This document shows, one piece after another, positions 8,502-17,010 of a stretch of DNA of 64,000 nucleotides. This stretch comes from Alphaproteobacteria bacterium (GTDB taxonomy: Bacteria; Pseudomonadota; Alphaproteobacteria; Rs-D84). The translations under genes were made by a program, and so were the position numbers. The stretch's first letter is position 1; each line of letters starts with the position of its first letter. The stretch covers positions 94,667 through 158,666 of the forward strand of contig WQXN01000002.1 in the NCBI GenBank assembly GCA_009784815.1. The letters run 5' to 3'. Under the pieces are notes generated by a model. The model was given only the letters and a program-made list of their open reading frames with translations. It was not told where the DNA came from and did not search any database.

Positions 8502-8600
8502 CCCCCATAAGGGGGTAGGGGTGGCGGCTTTGCCGCCGGGGTTGGGGGCGCTATATTCTCCCCTGTGACGAACAAACGAAGTGCAGTGGAGTCATAGGGG
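8502..8600. repeat. cluster of three GC-rich hairpins (REP-like, type II)
   Basis: The three hairpins are CCCCCATAAGGGGG (8502..8515), GGCGGCTTTGCCGCC (8523..8537), and CCCCTGTGAC-N21-GTCATAGGGG (8560..8600). They lie between rpsD and efp. Confidence 0.5.
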
Positions 8601-9224
8601 TTACCTCGAATAGAACTCGATGACCAAGTCCGGGCGCATCGGCACCGGATACGGCACTTCCTCGACCGAAGGCTTGCGTACATAAGTGGCCGAGAACGCC
8701 AACGAATCAACCTGAACATAATCGCAGAAAGTGCGTTCGGGATTTTCCATCGCCATATTTACCAAAGGCATCTGCTTGGCCTTTTCCGTGATTGTGATTA
8801 TGTCTCCTGGACGGACGGCGTACGACGGAATCTTGACTCTCTTTCCGTTGACCTGAATATGTCCGTGGTTGACTATCTGTCTTGATGCGAACATAGTCGG
8901 CGCAAGCTTGGCGCGATATACGATCGCGTCAAGTCGCGACTCAAGCAAGCCGATAAGGTTTTGCACGGTGTCGCCCCTCATGTTTGCGGCTTCCAAATAA
9001 TAGCTGCGGAACTTCTTCTCTCCGATATTTCCGTAATAACCTTTAAGCGTCTGCTTGGCCTTAAGCTGTTTTCCGTAATCGCTGGCGTTACCCTGGCGTG
9101 CGGTTGGTCCGTGCTGTCCGGGCTTGTACTTGCGGGTGTTGAAGGGCGAGTTGGCGCGCCCCCAAAGGTTCATACCCAAGCGGCGATCTATTTTTTTCTT
9201 AGTGTTAAGGCGTTTTCCTGCCAT
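8601..9224 (-). CDS. rpsD: 30S ribosomal protein S4
   Basis: 207 aa with an S4 domain (LESRLDAIVYR). Confidence 0.95.
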   Translation of the reverse strand: MAGKRLNTKKKIDRRLGMNLWGRANSPFNTRKYKPGQHGPTARQGNASDYGKQLKAKQTLKGYYGNIGEKKFRSYYLEAANMRGDTVQNLIGLLESRLDAIVYRAKLAPTMFASRQIVNHGHIQVNGKRVKIPSYAVRPGDIITITEKAKQMPLVNMAMENPERTFCDYVQVDSLAFSATYVRKPSVEEVPYPVPMRPDLVIEFYSR

Positions 9225-9359
9225 TTTTCTTTCCTATGGTTTTATTGTTATATAAGCCGGGCAGGGGGCGAACCCCCAAGCAAGAGCCTTATTATTCGCA
9301 TAAAAGCCATAGACCTTTTGCAAAATTAATCGGACTTGACATAGCCTAGCGACGGGATT

Positions 9360-10451
9360 TTACGCTACCTTCCGCAAAAAATCAAGCAAAATCTCGGCAT
9401 AATCCTTTAATGCCTTTGCTGAAATCCATTCGTTATCTCCGTGAAATTCTCCTCCGGTTGGCTGATGCGGAATAATCAAAGCCTTCATTGGCGCGAAATG
9501 CCGTGCGTCGGTCGCCCCGCACGAGAAATCTAAAAGAACGGGCTTTCCGGTTTTTTCGCGCACCAAATCGCAATAAGATTGAAACATCGGATTGCTGTTG
9601 TCCGCGACTACCGCGTCGGCCGAGGTCGCTATCTCATAAGTGACTCCGTCGGGCAAGGAATCCAGCGCGGCCCGCACTCTTGCAGAGTCTTCATTGCCGA
9701 TCAGTCTAAAATCCCAAGTCGCGCTTGCGCTTGGTGCGACCGTGTTCACGGCCTCTCCGCCTTGCATAAGTCCGATATGGGCGGTCGACACCCATTTGTC
9801 TGCCGGATCGTTATGCTTCGAGTAAGCAGGAAACAAAGCGCGCAACTTTGCATTGGCTTCGCCAAGCAGTTCTATCGCGTCCACGCCTAACCAAGGCAGC
9901 GCTCCATGAGCGCGTTCTCCCTGCGCGACAATTTTTGCTATTATCACCTGCTTTGACTTTTCTATTATCCGGTTTATGTCTTCTCCGCAGTCGGAATCAA
10001 GAACGATCTTGGCTTTTAACCCCAGCTCTTTTATCCAGTGCCAAGTGGTGTTTCCTCCGATTTCTTCGTCGCCCGCGACCAGCAAGCCGATTTTTTTGCT
10101 AACGCCTTCGCTTGCCAATTCGTTCAAGACGTTAAGTGCGGCGGCTATGGATCCCTTCATGTCTATTGCCCCTCGTCCGATCAGCTTGTCGCCGTCCTGC
10201 CGCAAACTGAACATTTCTGGCAGGGCGGGAACTACGTCGGCATGAGTCAGAATAAGAACGTCCAGATCTAAAGTGTCTTGCAAAGAAATCAGCAAGGATT
10301 CTTTTCCGGCTTCTGTGACTCGTTTTCTAAACAGCGACGCGTGACATGCCTGCTCCAAAAAATCTAAAGCCTTTTGTACGGCCTCGCGATCGTTCGTTAC
10401 GGACGGAATTTCTACAAGTCGTTCCAGTGTTGAAAGAATTTTTTCATACAT
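9360..10451 (-). CDS. M20 family metallopeptidase (ArgE/DapE class)
   Basis: THADVVPA, GRGAIDMKG, VAGDEEIGG. RBS AAAGGAG. Confidence 0.85.
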   Translation of the reverse strand: MYEKILSTLERLVEIPSVTNDREAVQKALDFLEQACHASLFRKRVTEAGKESLLISLQDTLDLDVLILTHADVVPALPEMFSLRQDGDKLIGRGAIDMKGSIAAALNVLNELASEGVSKKIGLLVAGDEEIGGNTTWHWIKELGLKAKIVLDSDCGEDINRIIEKSKQVIIAKIVAQGERAHGALPWLGVDAIELLGEANAKLRALFPAYSKHNDPADKWVSTAHIGLMQGGEAVNTVAPSASATWDFRLIGNEDSARVRAALDSLPDGVTYEIATSADAVVADNSNPMFQSYCDLVREKTGKPVLLDFSCGATDARHFAPMKALIIPHQPTGGEFHGDNEWISAKALKDYAEILLDFLRKVA

Positions 10452-10542
10452 GATTATCTCCTTTGCTCATAGTGCGTCAATATGCTTTTAACGGTTTCGA
10501 TTTTCATTTTACTTTTCCTTTTTTATGGTTATTTTTGAATAT

Positions 10543-10566
10543 TAAAAAACCGCGCGCGGCGGTTTG
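10543..10566 (-). terminator. orphan rho-independent terminator (minus strand)
   Basis: Stem AACCGC / GCGGTT with loop GCGCG. It is followed on the minus strand by TTTTTT. No annotated minus-strand gene lies upstream of it. Confidence 0.45.
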
Positions 10567-10769
10567 AATTTCCCAATCAATTTGCTTAAGGGCTACTGCT
10601 TAGTTTTCTATAATACGCTACGCGCCCCAACCAAACTGATCGGGCATATAAATCGTGCAAGATTCGCGTGCATATTCTTCATTGCAAATCCAATGTTAGT
10701 ATAAAATAATTGTCAAGTCAAGTAGTTATTGACTTTTATGACATTATGCATTAGACTTTGGAAATCTAT

Positions 10770-10847
10770 GGCGGATGTAGCTCAGTTGGTTAGAGCGCGA
10801 GTTTGTGGTACTTGAGGCCGCGGGTTCAAATCCCGTCATTCGCCCCA
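10770..10847 (+). tRNA. tRNA-His (anticodon GUG)
   Basis: G-1 present. Acceptor GCGGATG/CATTCGC, anticodon loop TTGTGGT, encoded CCA. TTGACT-N17-TAGACT lies upstream. Confidence 0.9.
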
Positions 10848-10918
10848 CTTTTTCCTTTATTTTTGTCAAAAACCATGATATAATCATCAAGACAAAGCCT
10901 AAAAAAGGAAACAACATC

Positions 10919-12127
10919 ATGACAAAACTTACAAAATTATTTGCAATTGCATTCGGTTTTGCGTTTATTTCAGTCGCATCAAACGCCGAGGAATCCGCCC
11001 AGGAACCACGTGTAATAACAATAGAACAACCGGCTGCCGCCGCCCAAAACATCGAAATAAACGTGCGTGTCCGCCGCCGTGGTGGCACCGCCGAAGAAGA
11101 ATGCGCCGATGAAGATGTGGTCGTGGACGGCTCGGAACCCGAACCGGAAGAAAGGTGGAGCTTTGATGACTACAACCAAGCGAAAATAGCCCGTCCGACT
11201 TTCGACCGCAAACTTGCCGATCCGTTCTTTCAACCTACCCAAGGTCGCGTTGCGTTTTCCCTGGCCGCTGATTTCGCGCAAACCAAACATAGATTCACAG
11301 TGCTTGATTCGTTCAATGTTGACAATTCGTTAGTTAATCTCCAAGGCCAAACATTGTCCTGGAAGGGCAGTCAGTTCCTTTACAAAGGCGGTGTATCGTT
11401 CGGTCTGACCGATGCGCTGGAAGTCAAAGCCGCGGCCGCGTTCCACAATTCAAGATTTACCTACTACGGACGCGACGTCAGTCAAACCACCGGCCTTTTG
11501 ACCGGCGGAAATATCACCCATAACGACGACGGTTTCGATTCGTGGGGCGTGGGCCTGGGCTGGCGCGCGTATGAAGACGAAGACGTGATATTCAGACTTA
11601 GCCTTGAATACCGCTCGTGGGAAAAAACCGACCTTATATACGCCAACGCTATGGGAGGACTGAAATTAGGCGCGGCCGGAAGCAAAGTCTATGTATCCGC
11701 CGCGGGATTCTTCTATAATAACGACGGCAATATGTACGGTTTCGGAATAGTGGATGAAACCGGCCACGGCGAATTCGTGATCTACGAAGAAGACAACAAA
11801 AGACCGACCTACATTGAAGGAACTTTGGGTCTTTTTACGGTCTTAACCGACGAAATACACTTGGATTTGAACGCGACCTTCGCGAATCTCAGCTGGCATA
11901 ACGTTGCAAGCATAGGCGGCCAGCTGGCGTTCCAGCCGGTCGAAAGCTTCGCGATCGTAGCCTACGGCCAATACGTCGTCTGGGATTCCGCCAAGGGTGG
12001 CCAAGACCTTCGCTTGTGGTCTACGGCCGGCGCGGCGAACCCGGGAGTCAACGCGCCGCAATCAAGGGTGCATCTTGAACAGCCAAGACAATTTGTCGTG
12101 GGCCTTGGCGCAAAACTATATTTCTAA
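10919..12127 (+). CDS. outer-membrane beta-barrel protein
   Basis: Signal peptide MTKLTKLFAIAFGFAFISVASNA, alternating beta pattern, C-terminal ...GAKLYF. The track start at 10805 runs through tRNA-His. Confidence 0.75.
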   Translation: MTKLTKLFAIAFGFAFISVASNAEESAQEPRVITIEQPAAAAQNIEINVRVRRRGGTAEEECADEDVVVDGSEPEPEERWSFDDYNQAKIARPTFDRKLADPFFQPTQGRVAFSLAADFAQTKHRFTVLDSFNVDNSLVNLQGQTLSWKGSQFLYKGGVSFGLTDALEVKAAAAFHNSRFTYYGRDVSQTTGLLTGGNITHNDDGFDSWGVGLGWRAYEDEDVIFRLSLEYRSWEKTDLIYANAMGGLKLGAAGSKVYVSAAGFFYNNDGNMYGFGIVDETGHGEFVIYEEDNKRPTYIEGTLGLFTVLTDEIHLDLNATFANLSWHNVASIGGQLAFQPVESFAIVAYGQYVVWDSAKGGQDLRLWSTAGAANPGVNAPQSRVHLEQPRQFVVGLGAKLYF

Positions 12128-12137
12128 TATAAGCTAA

Positions 12138-12183
12138 CTCTCCCCCTGTGGGAGAGTCGGCAGCTCTGCTGCCGGTGAGGGGC
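12138..12183. repeat. GC-rich double hairpin (REP-like, type II)
   Basis: CTCTCC-CCCTGTG-GGAGAG followed by CGGCAGC-TCT-GCTGCCG and then GTGAGGGGC. The layout is the same as the element at 8502..8545. Confidence 0.4.
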
Positions 12184-12195
12184 AAAGGGAGAAAA

Positions 12196-12990
12196 ATGAA
12201 AAAAATATTAATTATCGCGTCGTCGCTATTGATCGTGTCCGGCGCGGCGTCCGCGGACGAATACAGCGGCAGCTTTTGGCAGAACACGTCCAAGTCTTCG
12301 CCGTCCGAATCCGCCAACCGTCCCTTCGCTAACGATCCTATGGACCCGCTGTGGTTCGGTGCGCGCGGCACTGTGCTGACTTCAGTCACTGGTATGATCC
12401 ATCGCAACTCGCTTGAAATTACTCCTGGCGTGCAGTTTAGTGTGAACGACGTAACGGCCCTGTACCTTAACGCCGGAGGGTTATACAGCTTCAAAGACCC
12501 GAAAAGCAACGATTCAGGTATTTACCTTGGCTCGATCCACGTTTCCGGGCTTGACCTTGGCGCGATCTACCGTCTGTCGGACGGCAACAGAATATCGGAC
12601 GTGATTGCGGGAATCCGCACGGGCCGCAGCGCAAGCGAAATCGACTGGTACCAGGAAACGATATGGAAAGTGGGATTCAGATTCGGAACCGTAAGGAATA
12701 GAATCACGCTTGCCATGGAAGTCAACACGAACTGGGTGTTTGACGATAATCAGGGGCACGCCTGGATAAACTTTATACCTCAGGCCTACGCGCGTCTGGC
12801 CGAAAACTTCGGCATGGGTCTATCGGTCGATTTCAGAAAGGATACGAATCAATTGCACGGCTACGATGATGTTAGAGTAGGCGGCCTGTTTACGCACAGA
12901 GTGGGGGCGACCAGTTACGCCGGCGGCCTTGGCTATAGAACAAACAGCAACGCGTTTGACCTCTCAGTCAAAGTCGCCGTCCTGTTTTAA
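12196..12990 (+). CDS. outer-membrane beta-barrel protein
   Basis: Signal peptide MKKILIIASSLLIVSGAASA. C-terminal ...VKVAVLF. RBS AAGGGAG. Confidence 0.75.
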   Translation: MKKILIIASSLLIVSGAASADEYSGSFWQNTSKSSPSESANRPFANDPMDPLWFGARGTVLTSVTGMIHRNSLEITPGVQFSVNDVTALYLNAGGLYSFKDPKSNDSGIYLGSIHVSGLDLGAIYRLSDGNRISDVIAGIRTGRSASEIDWYQETIWKVGFRFGTVRNRITLAMEVNTNWVFDDNQGHAWINFIPQAYARLAENFGMGLSVDFRKDTNQLHGYDDVRVGGLFTHRVGATSYAGGLGYRTNSNAFDLSVKVAVLF

Positions 12991-13000
12991 TCCCGACTCA

Positions 13001-13564
13001 TTACTTTTCCCAGAACCTGGTCTTATAAATCTTGATCACGTCTTCGGGCTGCTCTAACACCTGCATATTGAACTGCGTGACATCGCCAAGAAACCCTTCT
13101 TTTTGCATATAAGCCATTATATTTCCGAACATATTCCAATACCCGTTGGTGTTCAGGAAGTATATGGGTTTGTGGCTTTCCTTTATCTGATGCATGACCA
13201 TTATCTCGACAAGCTCGTCCAAAGTCCCAAGTCCTCCGGGCAATATGCAGAACGCGTCTGAAAGATCGAACATCCTCTGCTTGCGCTTGGATAAATTATT
13301 TTCTATCTCGGACTGAATGCCCTCAAGCAAAGGCTCCTGCAGGTTCAATATGTTCTGAGTTGTGATTCCGATGACTTCTCCGCCGGCGGTTTTCGCGGCG
13401 TTTGCGACCGTGCCCATAAGCCCGACGTTTCCTCCGCCATAAACCAATCTTATTCCGTTTTCTCCGATAAGCCGTCCCATCTTTTCGGCCTCGGTTTTAT
13501 ATGTGGGATTGTTTCCGAACTTGTGTCCGCAATAAACTGCGATTGATTTTTTATTTTCAGCCAT
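13001..13564 (-). CDS. LOG family (TIGR00730) nucleotide phosphoribohydrolase
   Basis: GGGNVGLMG and PGGLGTLDEL motifs. ATG 13564 follows AAAGG. Confidence 0.85.
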   Translation of the reverse strand: MAENKKSIAVYCGHKFGNNPTYKTEAEKMGRLIGENGIRLVYGGGNVGLMGTVANAAKTAGGEVIGITTQNILNLQEPLLEGIQSEIENNLSKRKQRMFDLSDAFCILPGGLGTLDELVEIMVMHQIKESHKPIYFLNTNGYWNMFGNIMAYMQKEGFLGDVTQFNMQVLEQPEDVIKIYKTRFWEK

Positions 13565-13649
13565 ACTTCTGCCTTTTACCTTTTTACTTTTACCTTTATA
13601 CCACATTTCTCATTGAAAATCCAATTATTAGTTGTTAAGCTATCGGTCT

Positions 13650-14618
13650 ATGAATTCAAAATTCAAATCCTTTATGGAAACCCTTGCGTCGAAATATCCC
13701 GGCGAAAAAATCGCGGTCGCAACAAGCGGAGGGGCCGACAGTATGGCGCTTTTAAACTGGTGCGCGGCTTCCGGTGCGCAGACGTTGGCGGTGACGGTAG
13801 ATCATAAACTGCGTCCCGAATCCGGGGTTGAAGCCGTTTTGGTCGGACGCGAAGCCCAAAGGCTTGGCGTGCCGCACCATACGCTTGAATGGACCGGCGC
13901 CAAACCTACTACCGGGATCGAAGAATCGGCAAGAAACGCCCGTTACGACCTGCTGCTTGATTTTTGTCGCGCGAATGGGATAAAAATCTTAGCGACAGCG
14001 CATCATGCGGACGATAACATAGAAACGTTTTTGATGAACCTTGGCCGGGGTTCGGGTCTGTTTGGTCTTGGCGGCCTGCGCGCCCTCCAGGATCGTGACG
14101 GAATAATTATCGCAAGACCTGTGCTTGACACCCGTCGCAGCGAACTTCGCGACTGGTGCATCGAAAACAAAGTCGAATTCGCGGAAGACCCGATGAACCA
14201 AGACGACAAGTTTCTCCGCGTCCGCATCCGCAAGAACAGACGCCTGCTTGCGGACAGCCTGGACATATCGGACGACCGGATTTTGACGGCGATACGCGCG
14301 CTTGACCGCGCCCGCAGCGTCGCTGAAACGTCTATCGGCGAATTGATCGACCAAACCGAACAAAAAGGCAGCAGGGTGCAATTTGCGGCGGGCTTTCTGT
14401 TCGACATGCACGAGGATACGCAAATGAAGTTCTTCAGTCGCGTGCTTCAAAAGGTCGGAGGGTCGGAATATCCTCCTCGTCTTGACAGCGTGACGCGCGC
14501 GCTGCGCGAACTGGTCAGCGACACGACGGTGACGCTTGCTCATTGTGCGGTGCGCAGACTTGGGAACAGAATCATAGTGGCGCCCGAAGGCTCCTCCACA
14601 TCATTCAATAAGGATTGA
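13650..14618 (+). CDS. tilS: tRNA(Ile)-lysidine synthase
   Basis: SGGADS PP-loop. The track start at 13632 is TTG; the first ATG is at 13650. Confidence 0.9.
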   Translation: MNSKFKSFMETLASKYPGEKIAVATSGGADSMALLNWCAASGAQTLAVTVDHKLRPESGVEAVLVGREAQRLGVPHHTLEWTGAKPTTGIEESARNARYDLLLDFCRANGIKILATAHHADDNIETFLMNLGRGSGLFGLGGLRALQDRDGIIIARPVLDTRRSELRDWCIENKVEFAEDPMNQDDKFLRVRIRKNRRLLADSLDISDDRILTAIRALDRARSVAETSIGELIDQTEQKGSRVQFAAGFLFDMHEDTQMKFFSRVLQKVGGSEYPPRLDSVTRALRELVSDTTVTLAHCAVRRLGNRIIVAPEGSSTSFNKD

Positions 14619-14620
14619 AC

Positions 14621-16465
14621 ATGTTAAAAAATTTTTCAGCAAACAAATACCTGATTGCGTTTTTGGTGATAGCCGCGGTGATTGGACTGGACATATTCGG
14701 AAGGCGCGGCTCTGACAGCGCGCCGGCAACCGTGCCGGAAATACCGCAAATTCAATCTACCGAAAAACGCGCCAAGCCGGCCGAAATGAACTTCTCGGAA
14801 TTTCTAAGCGCGGCGACCGCCGGAAAAATCGCAACTGCTACTATCAATAATAATGAAGCGACGGGAACTATGAAGGACGGCGGCGCGTTCAAAGCGCAAA
14901 TAGTTTATGATGCGGCGATGCTTAAGCAGCTGGGCAAATCTGGCGTCAGCATAACGATAGACAATTCGACCGGCCTGTGGGAAAGGCTTGGCGTGGTGGT
15001 GCCGATCGTGCTTATGGTGCTGTTTATATTTTTGATACTCCGCGGCCCAAGAATGGCTGGCGGCGGCCTTGGCGGCGTGACGCAGATGACTATCACGCGC
15101 GGCAATTCGGTGCCGAACAAAAGCAAGATTACGTTCAAGGACGTCGCCGGGATCGAGGACGCGAAAAAAGAAGTCTCGGAACTTGTGGACTTTTTGAAAC
15201 GCCCGGCGGAATTTTCAAAACTGGGCGCAAGACTTCCTCGCGGAGTACTGCTAAGCGGCGCGCCCGGAACGGGCAAAACGCTTCTCGCTCGCGCCGTCGC
15301 GGGCGAGGCGAACGTCCCGTTCTTCTCGTCAAGCGGTTCGGAATTTTCAGGAATCTTGGTCGGCCTCGGCGTCAGCAAAGTGCGCGAACTGTTCAAGCTT
15401 GCGAAACAAAACGCGCCCTGCATAGTTTTCATAGACGAGATAGACGCAATAGGGCAAAAGCGCGGCAAAGGCCTTATGTCGGACCACGACCGCGAGCAAA
15501 CGCTAAATCAGCTTCTGATCGAAATGGACGGTTTCGAAAACAATTCGGGAATTATAGTTATAGCCGCGACAAACAGACCGGACATACTCGATTCGGCTCT
15601 GCTCCGTCCGGGCCGATTCGATAGGCAAGTCTATATCGAACTTCCCGATAAAGACGGCCGCCGCGACATACTGAAAATCTACGCCGAAAAATTAAAACTG
15701 GACGGCTCTGTCGATCTGGACGTAACCGCGCGCGGCACCTCGGGCTTTTCCGGAGCGGAACTTGCTAACCTGATGAACGAAGCGGCGCTTCTGGCGGTGC
15801 GCAGGAAATCGAAAACCGTATCGGCTAAAGATCTGGACAACGCAAGGGATAAAATCCTGATGGGGCCCGAAAAATCTATAAAAATGACGGACAATGACAA
15901 AAAGCTGGCGGCGTACCACGAAGCCGGTCACGCGTTCCTATCGGTGCATTACCGCGACCTAAGCGACCCGATCCTGAAGGCGACCATAATCCCGCGCGGC
16001 AGGGCTCTCGGCATGGTCCAGCACCTGCCCAAAGACGAAAAACGTTCGCTTAACCTGGCCGAAATACGCGCGACGCTTTCGATATACATGGCCGGCCGCG
16101 CGGCGGAAGAAGTGTTTTTGGGCAAAGATAAAATCACAACGGGAGCGATGGCGGACATAGCGGCGGCCACGAATCTTGCAAGGCACGCGGTGGCTCAGGC
16201 TGGCCTATCTAAAAAACTTGGCATGATCGCGCTGAACGAAACGGTTGGCGGCTGGGGAGGAATGTCCCGCCGCGAAAACGTATCGGACAAAACCGCCGAA
16301 CTTCTTGATGCTGAAATCAAATCTCTGATCGACAAAGCCTACGGTGATTCGGTGAAGGTTATCACGAAAAGCAAACCCAAAGTCAAAAAACTTGCCGACG
16401 AACTGCTAAAACGCGAAACTCTTTCCGCAGCCGAAATCAATAAAATACTTGGAATCAAATCCTAA
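14621..16465 (+). CDS. ftsH: ATP-dependent zinc metalloprotease FtsH
   Basis: GAPGTGKT Walker A, an AAA domain, and HEAGHA zinc site. Confidence 0.95.
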   Translation: MLKNFSANKYLIAFLVIAAVIGLDIFGRRGSDSAPATVPEIPQIQSTEKRAKPAEMNFSEFLSAATAGKIATATINNNEATGTMKDGGAFKAQIVYDAAMLKQLGKSGVSITIDNSTGLWERLGVVVPIVLMVLFIFLILRGPRMAGGGLGGVTQMTITRGNSVPNKSKITFKDVAGIEDAKKEVSELVDFLKRPAEFSKLGARLPRGVLLSGAPGTGKTLLARAVAGEANVPFFSSSGSEFSGILVGLGVSKVRELFKLAKQNAPCIVFIDEIDAIGQKRGKGLMSDHDREQTLNQLLIEMDGFENNSGIIVIAATNRPDILDSALLRPGRFDRQVYIELPDKDGRRDILKIYAEKLKLDGSVDLDVTARGTSGFSGAELANLMNEAALLAVRRKSKTVSAKDLDNARDKILMGPEKSIKMTDNDKKLAAYHEAGHAFLSVHYRDLSDPILKATIIPRGRALGMVQHLPKDEKRSLNLAEIRATLSIYMAGRAAEEVFLGKDKITTGAMADIAAATNLARHAVAQAGLSKKLGMIALNETVGGWGGMSRRENVSDKTAELLDAEIKSLIDKAYGDSVKVITKSKPKVKKLADELLKRETLSAAEINKILGIKS

Positions 16466-16627
16466 TAATACTAGAAACATCATAAAAACACTATATATAG
16501 TGTCAACTTGTAAAAATAATACTATATATTGATTTTTGCGATTGACCCACATCCCATTTTTATGCTAATATAATTAGTAAGAGAAGTGAGAACTTCATTT
16601 TTGCAACCAAAGCAAAGGAGGTCTGTC

Positions 16628-16990
16628 ATGATGTACAATTGGAATGAAGTGCAAAAATATTGCACTGGCGCCCCAAGAAGTATTCCTGGCGTTGAACTCG
16701 CCGTAATGTCCGAGGCTGAAATCGCTCTTGCCATTACGATGCTGGAAACTGCAATATCTGATTGCGAATCAGAAGTGAAGATTACTCAAAAATGTTTAGA
16801 CGAAAAAATCGGTGCCGACTGGAGCACGATTGAAGAATGGCACCAAGATATAAGATTTTGTAATAGTTGCGCGTCGCAAGCTCGTGAAGCGCTGGGAATT
16901 TGGCACGCATATTCTATGATTATTAACGACGGCGACCCGCGCGTTAAAGCCGTTGCGTCTAAATATTTGGAACGCGCTTACGCGGCATAA
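16628..16990 (+). CDS. hypothetical protein (120 aa)
   Basis: AAAGGAGG RBS before ATGATG at 16628. No motif recognised. Confidence 0.55.
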   Translation: MMYNWNEVQKYCTGAPRSIPGVELAVMSEAEIALAITMLETAISDCESEVKITQKCLDEKIGADWSTIEEWHQDIRFCNSCASQAREALGIWHAYSMIINDGDPRVKAVASKYLERAYAA

Positions 16991-17010
16991 CAATCGTCGA
17001 CCCCCTTTAC

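Noticed and set aside
10744-11088. ORF 10744..11088 (-), and the 5' part of ORF 10805..12127 (+).
   Set aside because: Both run through the tRNA-His gene. The OMP has a proper RBS and signal peptide at ATG 10919.
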